Shown in pieces: positions 23,233 through 33,950 of a stretch of DNA of 55,368 bases (positions within the stretch are counted from its first letter, which is position 1; each line of letters begins with the position of its first letter). The notes below the pieces were generated by a model. It was not told where the DNA came from and searched no databases. It worked only from the letters and a program-made list of their open reading frames with translations. The position numbers and the translations under genes were made by a program. Source of the DNA: a virus (Duplodnaviria; Caudoviricetes); IMG/VR virus record IMGVR_UViG_3300049489_000171, positions 1 to 55,368 of that record; one strand, written 5' to 3'.

Positions 23233-23639
23233 CAGAGAACCGTCAACGTGAGTGTGCCGGGGGTCACCGTGGCCCCGAGAATGATCGTGGTGTTGTCCAT
23301 CGTCAGGTCGCCCCCGCCACCTGTTGCCGTCACACTCATATCACAGACAAACACGTCAGCCGACGTGGTGAGCCGCGCCCAGGTGCACGCCGTGCCTGCC
23401 CCGCCGCTCGTGGCTGCTGCTGCCGGTAGCGCGTTGAGCGTGCCGACCGCCCCGGAGGTCGATGCGAACAGTGCGCCGGTTACAGTGAGAGTAACAAGCG
23501 GCGTCGGCGTGGTTGCGCCGTTGGCTGGCCGGGTGCCCGAACACAGCAGGAGTTTCGCGTTCGACCCTGCCGCTGCACCAATATCCGTCAGCACCGTCGA
23601 GGCGATGCTGTTTTGAAGCGTTGTTGCGAATGAGATCAT
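23232..23639 (-). CDS. putative virion structural protein
   Basis: LLLCSGTRP; GTACTWARL; DLTMDNTTI..GATV pattern seen in tail-associated proteins. Confidence 0.65.
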   Translation of the reverse strand: MISFATTLQNSIASTVLTDIGAAAGSNAKLLLCSGTRPANGATTPTPLVTLTVTGALFASTSGAVGTLNALPAAAATSGGAGTACTWARLTTSADVFVCDMSVTATGGGGDLTMDNTTIILGATVTPGTLTLTVL

Positions 23640-23648
23640 CAGGGCTCC

Positions 23649-26111
23649 TTACGCTATCTGTTCCCACACCGAGCCGACCGCCCGATAGGCGGCCCATGTG
23701 TCAGCGGCTATAGTCGTCGCACCGTTTATCGTACCCGCTGCGGCAGACAAGGTGATGTCCCCTGCGCCCAGCCCCTGATGTTTGATGGTCACTGTCTGGC
23801 CAGGGACAAGCGCTGGGTTGGGTATCGAGAATGCCATCGTGGTCGAGGTGCGAGCGCCCAGAACCGTGGTGACACCAGGCAGCACCGCAACGCCAGATGC
23901 CGCTGTTATGGTGGCTATATAGTCGTCGTCCTTGACGGTCAGGAACCCTTGTGCGGAGTAATGCCTGACGTGCGTGCCGGCGCCGCCGCCCGTCAGACCG
24001 AAGTACGTCCCCGCCACTCTGTTTCCAGATACAAATGTCGAGCAGGTCGGGGCTGCTGTTGCAAACGCGGTAAGCGTGAATCCAGCCGCGTTGCAGGTAA
24101 AACCGACGGCAACGGCGCTCCATGCGTCTCCCGCAGTTGTTGTGTCGTTGCCAAGAACCACGTTATCGCAGACATTGATGAGATAGCTGTCAGTTGACTG
24201 TATAACGACCGTCCGGGCTGACGCTGCTCCGTCGCAGCCTGGGTTGTTTTCCCTGATCGTGTTGCCTGTGACGTTCACCGCCGCGCTGATCGAGCAGAAA
24301 ACGCCGTGCGCTGATCCATACGGAATGTCAGAAGCGTCACGCTGCCAACCATTGCGGTGCAAGCTGTTGCCAGAGATCGTACCGTTGATAGCGTATGACG
24401 TGAGGATTCCAACGGTCGGGCAATGCGTGACTGTGTTGCCGGTTACGGCGAAGTCCTCAACAGGGCCGGAAACTCCCGTACCAAAGATGAGGATGCCGTG
24501 GGCGCTGCCGAGATCGTTGTTTTTTGCTTTGTGGATGTTCGCCGAGCCATCAACGTCGTAGTCGGTGTTGTTCCACGTTTCCTGCGGGCTCAGGAAGTTG
24601 ACCACGTTACCTGACACCACAATATCGCGGGCTTCATACGCAGACTTGTCGGTGCCCACGTCAATGCCGTTGTGGTTACAGGAGCCTGCTGTCACCAGCG
24701 CGCCGTTCAGCGCGCCTGGTGCCGCCACCACGTCTGTCAAGGTAACTGTCGAACCTGTCGGCGTGCCGTTTATTGTCGTCGTGTGGACGCTGGCGTCGGA
24801 CAAAACGATGCTGATAGTGGCGTCGTCGTCCAACCCTTCTATGGACGCAACCGTTAGCGTCGCCGCGCCAGTTATCGCCGCAGCGGTCAGTGTCGTGCTG
24901 ATATTGGCGCAGAGGAACCCGTGAATCACGTTGCCGGATATATTGACGTTGCGCAGGTAGCTGTTGGCGCTGGCGTTCGACCGTACCCGCGCCTCAATAC
25001 CACTCAGGCCGCAACTGGTCAGAGTGTTGCCTCGGATCACCACGTCTGTAATCGGCTTGGAGGCTGCGCGGATGAGAATTGACGTACCGCCAGTCGCCTC
25101 GATGTGGTTGTTCTCTATGGTGATGTGCTTGTTGTTGTTGCCGCTGATCGCCGCCACGTTTGCCCAGTCAGCGTAGGCGCGATCAACGCCAACAAACTCG
25201 ATACGGTTGCCGCTGATCTTGGTGTTCTCGTTGTTCGGGACAAACAACGCCGTGGATGTCGTGTCGGATATGTAGCAGCCGTGAATGGCGAGATTCTGAC
25301 AGCCAACCACTACCCACGAATTGCCGCCGTCCTGCCGGCAGTCCATGATCTTGATGTCTGCGCCGACGATGCTTCCGCCTGTCGTTCCTGAGTCACCTAT
25401 CCCGATAAGGCCGACTGTGGCGAGGTCTGTCTCAAGCGTCAACCCTTCGACGGTCAACCGTGATACGTCGCCATCAGTCTTGTAGATAAGGCCGTTGTCA
25501 TAAGTGTAGGTGTCTGTGGCAGATGCGTCCCGAACGGTTACGCCAACGGAGGGGACATAGATCGTCGCACCGTAGCCACTGACGGTCAGCCCGTCAAAGG
25601 CTTCAATCAAGCTGGCGTCCAGCACCCTGTACCGCCCCCCTGCTCTGAACAGGAGCGTTGGCGCGATAGAACTTGCTGCCGCCGCATTACGCGCCGCTTT
25701 GATTGCTGCTGTGTCGTCTGTCGTTCCGTCGCCAGACGCGCCAAAATCGTCGACCACGAAGACTCGCTCGCTAGAGCCAATGACGATCTCCCAAGCACCA
25801 TCGGCGCGGCAGGCCAGGACAGTGGTTGAGCGGCTTTGCAACAGTATAGCCCCCGCGCCCCCTCTGATCGTGTCGCTACCATCAGGCTCCACGGTCACTG
25901 CGTATGGCGACACTCGCTGGATGGCAAACTCCATCCCTGCCACAGCAGGCGGCAGCGTCAACGTGATGGCGTTTGGCGATCCGCTGTTGGTGATCAGCGC
26001 CCCGTCTTGCGCAGCGGTCAGTACGGTGCTGGTAACGTAGTCGTATTGCGTGCCGTAGCCGGGGCCGGGATCAACGCGACCGTAGAAGCCCGTGTTGCGT
26101 GCGTTGGTCAT
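23649..26111 (-). CDS. tailspike, parallel beta-helix depolymerase-like
   Basis: VDDFGASGDGTTDDTAAI; many I.GN repeats. Confidence 0.8.
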   Translation of the reverse strand: MTNARNTGFYGRVDPGPGYGTQYDYVTSTVLTAAQDGALITNSGSPNAITLTLPPAVAGMEFAIQRVSPYAVTVEPDGSDTIRGGAGAILLQSRSTTVLACRADGAWEIVIGSSERVFVVDDFGASGDGTTDDTAAIKAARNAAAASSIAPTLLFRAGGRYRVLDASLIEAFDGLTVSGYGATIYVPSVGVTVRDASATDTYTYDNGLIYKTDGDVSRLTVEGLTLETDLATVGLIGIGDSGTTGGSIVGADIKIMDCRQDGGNSWVVVGCQNLAIHGCYISDTTSTALFVPNNENTKISGNRIEFVGVDRAYADWANVAAISGNNNKHITIENNHIEATGGTSILIRAASKPITDVVIRGNTLTSCGLSGIEARVRSNASANSYLRNVNISGNVIHGFLCANISTTLTAAAITGAATLTVASIEGLDDDATISIVLSDASVHTTTINGTPTGSTVTLTDVVAAPGALNGALVTAGSCNHNGIDVGTDKSAYEARDIVVSGNVVNFLSPQETWNNTDYDVDGSANIHKAKNNDLGSAHGILIFGTGVSGPVEDFAVTGNTVTHCPTVGILTSYAINGTISGNSLHRNGWQRDASDIPYGSAHGVFCSISAAVNVTGNTIRENNPGCDGAASARTVVIQSTDSYLINVCDNVVLGNDTTTAGDAWSAVAVGFTCNAAGFTLTAFATAAPTCSTFVSGNRVAGTYFGLTGGGAGTHVRHYSAQGFLTVKDDDYIATITAASGVAVLPGVTTVLGARTSTTMAFSIPNPALVPGQTVTIKHQGLGAGDITLSAAAGTINGATTIAADTWAAYRAVGSVWEQIA

Positions 26112-28600
26112 CAGTTCATGCTCCGATCTGTTTCGTACCAGACAGCCGACCTGTACTGCAGCGTGAGGATGTCGTCTACTGTGCCTGTGAAGTTGGACCC
26201 GCCAGAGAGCTGCATCGCTGCTGCATTAACCACTGTCGAGTTACCGTTTGCGAACCGCAATTGGATCGTCTGCCCCTCAACCGCGTGACGGAACGAAGTG
26301 ATGCTTGTAGCGCCGCCGTTGTTCACCAGGAACCGGTTAAACCCGGCAACCGACGGAGTGGCTCCGGTCAGGGTTATCTCGTCTACAAGGTCGGATTTCG
26401 TGGGGATGTCGGTGAACTCTGCTACCTGAGTAAGCCCGCCATCGAACACGTTACCGGCCAACGTGATGCCTGAAGGCAGCGGCAGAGTCGCTCCGTCCAC
26501 ATACAGCGCAGAACGTATCGACGCACCGCCATCAGACCGAACACCGGATACGAAAAGCCCGGTCAGAGCGGTTGTCCCGTCTGAACCGACGATCATGTTC
26601 GATATAAAGCCGGGGTTGGACGTCCCGCAGAACGACACCACGCCGCCGGATATGGACGGGCGGGTAAGCCCTTTGAGTGATATGCCTTCCTGGGCAGCGG
26701 AGTACACTGCCAGATCCGTGCAAGTGAAGTCAGTGATGGCGCCCCCTGTGGCGTTCGCCAAAAGACCCCAGTACGAGGAATTGACGCTTCGGCAGTCATT
26801 GACGAACGGGCGCGTAAGCGCCGCAGCAAGAGAAAAGCTGCCGTCAAGAGCCGTTGGCTTGGCGCAGCAACTTCGTGCCAAACACCTTGAAAAGCCGCTA
26901 TCAACCGCAGGAAACCCCGGCAACGAGCCGTTCAGGAAGAAACCGGAAAGCCAGAACCCTGTCGCGTAGCAATCAACAGCCACACATCTTCGCGAGTACC
27001 CGTCGAACACGACCGCCCGACGACCCCCTGTCGCACCGGCAGTAAACGAGCTGTTGGACACCGTGCAGTCAACAGAGTTGATTGAGTACACCCCGTACCC
27101 GGAATCAGCGTCGGTTCCGATCAGGTTGGTAACGGCGATACGGTCGATCTTCAGCATTGACGCAGCGGAGGCATACACCGCCACGTTCAGCCCGGTTGAC
27201 GCCCCTGTGCCGCTGAACTTCATGCGGCTGATAACCGTACCGCTGCGCCCTCCGCTGGAGTAGATACCGTAATGCGCCGCAAACGACGATGTCGCTCCGC
27301 CCAATATGGCGAAATCCTCAAGCGTCACGTCATTGGCCGCAATGGAGAAAATAGCCCCTGCGTCCATTCCAGAAGACACGCCAGACTGCGTGCCAGTACC
27401 GTAGATACGCTGGCCTGCCCTTGTCACTGCCAGCGTAGTGCTGACAGTACACAGGAACGGGAAGAATACTTCGTCGGCAGCAAGCAGCGCGTTTGCGACG
27501 GCCTGTGTTGAGTCGCCCGTTGTGTTTGCCCCATACCGCCGCACGTCACCCCACGCATACGCATAGTCGGTAGGCGTGACGCCAGCAGCGATCTCGGCGG
27601 CAGACTGCGGGTAGAGCGCGGTTCCGACCTGAGCCCGACTGACGTATACGGCGTTGGAAGCCCGCCCCACGATCACCCTGATCTGGTCAGAGACAACCGG
27701 GGTAAATCCCAGCGTGATCGTGGTCGAGTTGGTCTCCGTGTAGTCAGAAGGCGACAGCAGCGCCCCGTTGAAGAACACATCGAGTTCATGCGCCCCTGGC
27801 GTGTAGGATGCTGTGGTCAGGGTGATGGTCGCGGAAGTCAGGCCAGTGAACGACTGTTCCTCGCGGTTTACCCGTGGCAGCGTGACGTCGAACACTCCCC
27901 CGATCGAGAACTCGATGATGTCCCCGGTTGTGGCAGCGGATGTCAACGTGATGAGGTTGGCTGCAGACTCGACATAATCAACGCCAACAACCAACTTCAG
28001 GCCATTGAGGTACACCGACAGATCGTAGGAGCCCGGCGTGTAGTCGGCGGGAACCGGAATGGCGGTCTGCCCCGTTACCGGATAGGACAGAAAGACGTTG
28101 TGAGTTACAGGCTGCGAAGGGTCGCCTGTGACGAACGTCGGCTCGCCGCTGGCGTTGAAGAACAAGAATTTGCTGGCGCGGGATGCTGCCGAGGCCATCT
28201 CGCCAATGGCGCCATCCTTGACCGCGCCGCGAAGCGACCGGCCGACGCGCTGCGCCAGGTCTTGAACCAGTACGACCAGCCGGTTCATCTCGGCGTTGGC
28301 GCGGGCGCTGGTCCACGGGCCACTCTGCGTGTATTCCGTGGTCCGCTCAATCGGGGTGTCGGTATAGATGGTGATGACGTCACCAGCCGAGCGCCCGGTA
28401 GCGAACACCACGTTGCCGCCGCTACTGCCCCCCGCTCCGGTGACCGTGTAGAGGGCGTTCAGCGTGCAAAGCGTGTCGTTGGAGTAAACGACAAGATCCC
28501 TGTCCTCGAAGATCGGGAAGGGGTATGGAAACACAGTCTGGCCCGCAGTCGCGGTGTACTGCTTGCGGCGAGACAGGTCGTCGAGATCGTCAAATGCCAT
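26111..28600 (-). CDS. tail fiber/tailspike with T7 gp17-like N-terminal anchor
   Basis: YTATAGQTVFPYPFPIF..DLVVY; VYLNGLKL.GVDY repeats; DVRRYGA followed by a beta-helix. Confidence 0.8.
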   Translation of the reverse strand: MAFDDLDDLSRRKQYTATAGQTVFPYPFPIFEDRDLVVYSNDTLCTLNALYTVTGAGGSSGGNVVFATGRSAGDVITIYTDTPIERTTEYTQSGPWTSARANAEMNRLVVLVQDLAQRVGRSLRGAVKDGAIGEMASAASRASKFLFFNASGEPTFVTGDPSQPVTHNVFLSYPVTGQTAIPVPADYTPGSYDLSVYLNGLKLVVGVDYVESAANLITLTSAATTGDIIEFSIGGVFDVTLPRVNREEQSFTGLTSATITLTTASYTPGAHELDVFFNGALLSPSDYTETNSTTITLGFTPVVSDQIRVIVGRASNAVYVSRAQVGTALYPQSAAEIAAGVTPTDYAYAWGDVRRYGANTTGDSTQAVANALLAADEVFFPFLCTVSTTLAVTRAGQRIYGTGTQSGVSSGMDAGAIFSIAANDVTLEDFAILGGATSSFAAHYGIYSSGGRSGTVISRMKFSGTGASTGLNVAVYASAASMLKIDRIAVTNLIGTDADSGYGVYSINSVDCTVSNSSFTAGATGGRRAVVFDGYSRRCVAVDCYATGFWLSGFFLNGSLPGFPAVDSGFSRCLARSCCAKPTALDGSFSLAAALTRPFVNDCRSVNSSYWGLLANATGGAITDFTCTDLAVYSAAQEGISLKGLTRPSISGGVVSFCGTSNPGFISNMIVGSDGTTALTGLFVSGVRSDGGASIRSALYVDGATLPLPSGITLAGNVFDGGLTQVAEFTDIPTKSDLVDEITLTGATPSVAGFNRFLVNNGGATSITSFRHAVEGQTIQLRFANGNSTVVNAAAMQLSGGSNFTGTVDDILTLQYRSAVWYETDRSMN

Positions 28601-28608
28601 GTGCGTTC

Positions 28609-31600
28609 CTATTTAACCTTGGCCGGTTCTTCGGCCGTAACCCGATCCCAGAAGTCCTGTGATGTGGCACCTTCAGCGCCCATCGCTTCAGCGGTCTCAC
28701 CTTCAACCGCGTTGATGATCCGACGCAGATACGCGAGGTTCTGTAATGGGACTATCTTCCGCAGCTTGTGGATGTCCGACGCGGTAAGGCTTGGCGTCAT
28801 GTCCTCGTCACTGGTGGGCCCGGTGGCGTTGCTCAACGCGAGAAAAAGGTCGGAAGCCGTACCGAACGACGGGCCGAGGAAGGTTTCAAACGGCGCGCGG
28901 TCGGAGAACCGCGACAGCCTCATCTTCGACCGAATCGGCTCCGGCATGACTGACGCCGCGGGGTCCGACAGGTCGGGCAGGAAACCCATTACACCGGACC
29001 ATGCCAATGATTCTTTGGCGACAGTCTCTGGACTCAGGTCAGGGGCGCGGCCTGCGGCTTTCTCCTTCGTGTAGTAGGTCAGCGCGCCCAGCCCCAGCAT
29101 GACAGCCAGGCCGTTAGCGGCGGCCACGTCACCGTGCGCCAGCCCCTGCGCCACCGGGATCATCAGCCGATTCACCGAGGCCATACCGAAGCTCTTGAAC
29201 TGCAGCAGTGTCTTGGCCATCTCCGAGTCCATCGTCAGCGGCAAGTCGCCCGCGCCGCGCGCGATAGCCATCTGCTCGCCGGCGTCGATGATGAACGCTT
29301 CAAACTTCTTGGCCAGCGCCTTGTCCGTCCACTCGCCCGTGGCCGCGCGCATCAGCCCATCAGTCTCGCCGTGCTTGGCGAACTGCGCCGCAACGCGCTC
29401 AAGCTCGTCGTCGGTGAACGGGATCTTGGCCCGCTGGTAAGGGGTCAACTTCTTCGGGTTCTGCGCCGCGCGGATTATCGCGTCCTGCTCGAGGATCGAC
29501 GTCAGGTTCTTGATCGTCGAGTTCCACGTCGACATCAGCGTCAGTCGCGTGAACTTGGCTGACGTGGTCCGCCCCGCGCGCTCGACGCCAGCCCAGAAGC
29601 CGGTGCCGCCGCTCAAGTCATCCGCGATGTCGGCAATGCTCCCGGTACGGGTGTCCAGAATCCAGTCAACCGCGGTGCCGAGGCGCTGGTTGTCTGCCCG
29701 AGTCATCTTGTTGTACGAGATGTTAGTCAGGAACTTGGCGGTGGCCTTGCCCGTCTTCACCAGCCCGTACTTCGAGATGACGTGGCCGTAGTCCGACAGT
29801 GACGACATGGTCTGGCCCCCCAGCAGCCGCACATAGTTGTACTGGCGGGCAATGCGCGCCGCGCGGACCCAGCCAACGTTCTCGCGCCCTGTGGGGCCGA
29901 TCTCATTCATCACCCGGCGGCGCATGCCTTCGAGGTCGCGCTGCACCTTGCCGGCTTCTTCTTTGAGCCGCTGCGCCTCTTTGTTGCTTTTCGCATTGGC
30001 GATCTTCACGTTGTAGGCTTCGTTGACCTCTTTCTTCTCGATCGCCAGATCGGTGCTGCCGAACGTCTTCCGCATTTCGATGTTCGGGGTGACCGTGCGG
30101 ATATAGCCCTGCATGACCTGCTCGAAGTCAGAGACCAGGAAAGGCTCAAGCACTTCGTCTGGAACGTCCAGAACGCGAGACTTTAACGGCCTCGGGTTGC
30201 TGATCCGGCCAAGATCCGCGCCGTTGCGCATCGTGCCGAGGATGCTGTCGATAGTGTCCTGCACAGCGCTTTCGATCTCCGCGGGGTCACGCTGGGTGTT
30301 GAGGGCTTCGCGTTGACGCTTGTCGAAGTCTTTGATCAGCGCGGCGTCGTCTGCCGCGCGCTGGGCTGCGTCTTCGGCGTCGTCGACCGCCTTGCCCAGC
30401 GCCCGTGCCTCCGTGCGCGCTCTCGCGGCGCGGACGTCAGCGGTTTCTTCCAGCCGCTTCGGGTTGTTGGTGAACCACTCGCGAAGCCGGGCGGAGAACC
30501 CCAATTGGTCTTTCATGATGGCGTTGTGGTCATAGACGCGAGGGAAGTACGACCGGGCGCCCAACGTGCCGATCTCCTCCGGCAGCACGCCCAACTCCTC
30601 GAACGCCTTGCGGTCTTCTTCAAACATCTTGCGCATGTGCCGGGCGAACTCGGACGCCTCGGAGATGTCGCTGATGTCGCCACGGCGCATGGCCTGGCTG
30701 ACTTTCACACCAAATTCGCGCAGGCTGAGGGCGTCAGCCCCGGCGCTCTGGCGGTACTTGTTGTAGGCGTGGTCAAAATTCTGCACGACGAACAAGCGGC
30801 TCTGCACCGCGCGCTGCCCGATGCGACTCTCGACGGACTGCTCCAGCGGAACCCCGCGCAGGTTCTTCTGCTTCATGAACGGTATGTTGACCAGCCGTTC
30901 CGCCAGCACCCGCGCTTCCTTGGTGCTTGAACTCAGCGTGCGGACCAGCGGGCTGATCTGGCCCATCGTGCGGGCGAGGAACTTGCCGCCTTTGGCGATG
31001 CCTTCGTCGTCAAGAGTGGTCTCGCCACCGACTCGGGCGGCGCCGACGGATGGGTTGTCGGGGGCGCCCATGTCGCGCTGCAAGTCCCGAGCCATCGTGT
31101 CGAACTCAGACTTCGGCATCCGGGTGGCCCAGGCGCCGACCGCCGAACTCAAGAACACCCCCGCGCCGACGTTGAGCAGCGAGTCTTGTATCGTCCGCAG
31201 GTCTTGCGACTCGTGCAGCGCGGCCTCGACCGTGAGGTCCGTAGCCGCGGTAGCTGCGACCGCCGCCGCGATGCGCTCGGCGCGAGAGCCCCAAGCGACC
31301 GGAGCCGCTGCCGGGATAGCCATTGACAGCAGCGTAAGCGGATCAGTGACTGCGAACGCGCCGACCAGGGCCTTGCCGAGAAACCCACTGCGAGCGACCG
31401 TCTCAACGTCCCGGCGTTCGGCGGCCTGCTTGCGGATGTGAAACGCCGTCTCCTCGGGCGACCGGCTGCGCAGGAACAGGTGAAAGTCGTCCGGGTCTAC
31501 GGACTCCAGTTGCGGGTCGGCAAACGGCGAGTAGTCTTTGATGTCCTCAAGACTCGGCGGCTTTACCCAGCCGAGGTCTTCTGCACCCAACCCACGGGCT

Positions 31601-31794
31601 GTCCACCGGTCCATCCAAGGGGCTGCGGCTCTGTTGAACATCATTGGCATGTAACTGCCGAGCCGGGCGGCAGCGACAGCCGTGTCCCGCAGAGACGGCG
31701 CCTCACCCTCGCCCAAGGCGGTAGGCTCGTCTTCAGGCCGAGTCAGCTGCAGGTTGGGGGTGGCGTTGGCCTGCTCCCAGGTGACAAAAGGCAC
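28609..31794 (-). CDS. internal virion (ejection) protein, large
   Basis: 1061 aa helical protein with SYFPRVYD and QFKSF; position before the tail fiber. Confidence 0.7.
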   Translation of the reverse strand: MPFVTWEQANATPNLQLTRPEDEPTALGEGEAPSLRDTAVAAARLGSYMPMMFNRAAAPWMDRWTARGLGAEDLGWVKPPSLEDIKDYSPFADPQLESVDPDDFHLFLRSRSPEETAFHIRKQAAERRDVETVARSGFLGKALVGAFAVTDPLTLLSMAIPAAAPVAWGSRAERIAAAVAATAATDLTVEAALHESQDLRTIQDSLLNVGAGVFLSSAVGAWATRMPKSEFDTMARDLQRDMGAPDNPSVGAARVGGETTLDDEGIAKGGKFLARTMGQISPLVRTLSSSTKEARVLAERLVNIPFMKQKNLRGVPLEQSVESRIGQRAVQSRLFVVQNFDHAYNKYRQSAGADALSLREFGVKVSQAMRRGDISDISEASEFARHMRKMFEEDRKAFEELGVLPEEIGTLGARSYFPRVYDHNAIMKDQLGFSARLREWFTNNPKRLEETADVRAARARTEARALGKAVDDAEDAAQRAADDAALIKDFDKRQREALNTQRDPAEIESAVQDTIDSILGTMRNGADLGRISNPRPLKSRVLDVPDEVLEPFLVSDFEQVMQGYIRTVTPNIEMRKTFGSTDLAIEKKEVNEAYNVKIANAKSNKEAQRLKEEAGKVQRDLEGMRRRVMNEIGPTGRENVGWVRAARIARQYNYVRLLGGQTMSSLSDYGHVISKYGLVKTGKATAKFLTNISYNKMTRADNQRLGTAVDWILDTRTGSIADIADDLSGGTGFWAGVERAGRTTSAKFTRLTLMSTWNSTIKNLTSILEQDAIIRAAQNPKKLTPYQRAKIPFTDDELERVAAQFAKHGETDGLMRAATGEWTDKALAKKFEAFIIDAGEQMAIARGAGDLPLTMDSEMAKTLLQFKSFGMASVNRLMIPVAQGLAHGDVAAANGLAVMLGLGALTYYTKEKAAGRAPDLSPETVAKESLAWSGVMGFLPDLSDPAASVMPEPIRSKMRLSRFSDRAPFETFLGPSFGTASDLFLALSNATGPTSDEDMTPSLTASDIHKLRKIVPLQNLAYLRRIINAVEGETAEAMGAEGATSQDFWDRVTAEEPAKVK

Positions 31795-33950
31795 TAGGGC
31801 GCCCCCACCGGGATTGGAGACTGGTACTGGCGCATGATCTCGCGAGTTCGCTCCTGCTCCTGCCTTGTCGCTTCTTCATCCTGCAGCCGCTTCGAGCGCA
31901 GCTCGTCACGCGCCTTCTTGTAGCGGTCTGCGTTTGGTATCGAGTACAGCAGCGGCCGGTTGTCTGGACCGCGGACGACGTCAAACACGAAACCGTTCTC
32001 GTCCTCCGGCACCACCGACCAGAACACGCCGCGGCTACGCTCAGTCTCGGTGTTGGGCACAAGTTTTAGCTTCGTCTTGTCTCCGGTAAAGCCTTTGGCA
32101 TCCAACGCGGTGTTCAGATCCTGCCGCACAACCTCGTCCTTACTTGGATCTATACCCCACTTCATGATCTCGGGCTTACCGTTGATCGTGGTGTACCTGT
32201 ACGTCGACATGACCTGCTCAGCCGCCTGCTCACGCGCGGCTTGCTTGTCGCCTCCATTCAGCATGAAATTAGCCTTCACTCTGGCGTTAAACTCAGCGTC
32301 CATCTCCGGCGGGGTTGCCGGAGCGCCGCCTCCGATCCGGTACCAAGGGCTGCGGTCAAACTTGGACCCGCTGTTCAGGAAGCCGCGAAGGGCAAGGCTG
32401 TTGCCTTCCTGCACCTTGTCCTTGGCGTACCGACGCTCCAGCTCATCGCGCAGCGCCTTGTTGTTGGCCTGCTCGGCGTTACGGTGGGCGAGACCAACGG
32501 CCTCCTCCACAGGGGCGCCAGACGCGATCCCTTCGTGAACTTGCCAAACCAGCGACTGCAGCCTTGAATCCTCAGCAGTGTACTGCGCCGCAGTCGGGTT
32601 GGCCGCCCACGCCTTGGCCAGAAACTCCGCGCCAAGGGCAACGGTGGCTGGGTCTTGGCTCAAAGCACTGATCCGGCCCCACGACAGCACAGTGGCCGGC
32701 AGGATGTTGCTCTGGCGGAACGTCTCGATGGCCAACTCTTGCCACTGGCGTGATCCCGGCAGCAGCCCTTCTTCTCCTGCCCGTGCCTGAAACAGCGTGT
32801 CGACCGCCTTCTTCGCATCGGGGTCAGTCGGATCGAGCCCCTGCCCGCTGGCAAGCGCCGCCCGAACAGCGGCCATGTCGTCCGCTTTCTCAGCGTTGGC
32901 CTTGGCGTTGCGGACATTGCCAGACAGCCGCGAGCTAAAGCCCTCTTGCGTCAACGCCCCGAGGCGAAACAGCCGGCGAGCTTCGTTCTCGATACCGACG
33001 CTCGATTCTTCCGAGGCGAGACGCTTGTCCAGCGCTGCGATGTCTTCCGCGTACAGCCGCGACCGGGTCGAGTGGACGTCAGAGAACACGGCCTCCGCGC
33101 CTTTCTGGACCGCCAGTTTCTGCTCATCCGTCAGGTCGTCGCGCTTCCAAAGCTGCTCCAACGCCGCCGCGCCAACCTCGACGTCCTCGCGAATGAGGTC
33201 CGTCAGATCCTCAATCGCCGCATTGACCGGCGCGTCCGTCAGCCCTTTCTCCAAGGCGTCACGAAACATGCCGTCGTATTTCACAACGTCGGTCGGCTGG
33301 ATCAGCCCCTCGCGAGCCATGACCTCCAGCCGGCGGCGGTTCTCGATGGCAAAGCCGATGGCGTAGGCGTCGCCCTCGCGCCCTGGCAGCTTGGTCGCCC
33401 CTTCAACAGCCATCTTCAGGGCTGAGTCCATGCCCTCCAGGTGGCTGGCAACGATCTGGTTGCCCTCGCGGATCTTCAGCTGCGCCTGCGCCCGGGCGAC
33501 TGCGACAGCGGTCTTGCCTTTGAGCATCACCGCGACCTGCGGGCGATATGCCTCGGGCACTGAGTCATGGATCGCTGCGCCATAGCTGTCAATGGCGAAC
33601 TGCAGCCCTGCAGGGTCGGCCTCGCGGTCAAGCGCCAGACGCTCAATCGTGGTCTGGATGTCGGTCTGGATCTTGGCGCTGTAGGCCGCCTCCGCAGCCG
33701 AGTTGTACCCGCGGCCAAACGGCGTCAACGCCGACATCCCGGTGCGCGGGTCCGGCGTGCCGGTCAACCCGGCCTGCTGGCCCTGCTCGATGCCTTGCTG
33801 CTCGACCAGCGCCGCGCCCGTGGAGTACGCCGCGCCCGCGACCTCCTTGGCCGCCCGAGACAGTTGCGTGGCGAGATCCACCCCACCGGAATCCGGGAGT
33901 CCGACCTGAACCCTTTCAGGGCCGATGTGCTGACGATACCGCTCTGCCAT
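31794..33950 (-). CDS. internal virion (ejection) protein
   Basis: 718 aa helical protein; podovirus gene order. Confidence 0.65.
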   Translation of the reverse strand: MAERYRQHIGPERVQVGLPDSGGVDLATQLSRAAKEVAGAAYSTGAALVEQQGIEQGQQAGLTGTPDPRTGMSALTPFGRGYNSAAEAAYSAKIQTDIQTTIERLALDREADPAGLQFAIDSYGAAIHDSVPEAYRPQVAVMLKGKTAVAVARAQAQLKIREGNQIVASHLEGMDSALKMAVEGATKLPGREGDAYAIGFAIENRRRLEVMAREGLIQPTDVVKYDGMFRDALEKGLTDAPVNAAIEDLTDLIREDVEVGAAALEQLWKRDDLTDEQKLAVQKGAEAVFSDVHSTRSRLYAEDIAALDKRLASEESSVGIENEARRLFRLGALTQEGFSSRLSGNVRNAKANAEKADDMAAVRAALASGQGLDPTDPDAKKAVDTLFQARAGEEGLLPGSRQWQELAIETFRQSNILPATVLSWGRISALSQDPATVALGAEFLAKAWAANPTAAQYTAEDSRLQSLVWQVHEGIASGAPVEEAVGLAHRNAEQANNKALRDELERRYAKDKVQEGNSLALRGFLNSGSKFDRSPWYRIGGGAPATPPEMDAEFNARVKANFMLNGGDKQAAREQAAEQVMSTYRYTTINGKPEIMKWGIDPSKDEVVRQDLNTALDAKGFTGDKTKLKLVPNTETERSRGVFWSVVPEDENGFVFDVVRGPDNRPLLYSIPNADRYKKARDELRSKRLQDEEATRQEQERTREIMRQYQSPIPVGAP

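Noticed and set aside
23649-28600. Diversity-generating retroelement, as in BPP-1-like podoviruses
   Set aside because: No reverse transcriptase ORF and no TR/VR repeat pair seen
27788-29074. 428-aa plus-strand ORF
   Set aside because: Antisense shadow of the tail fiber and ejection protein genes
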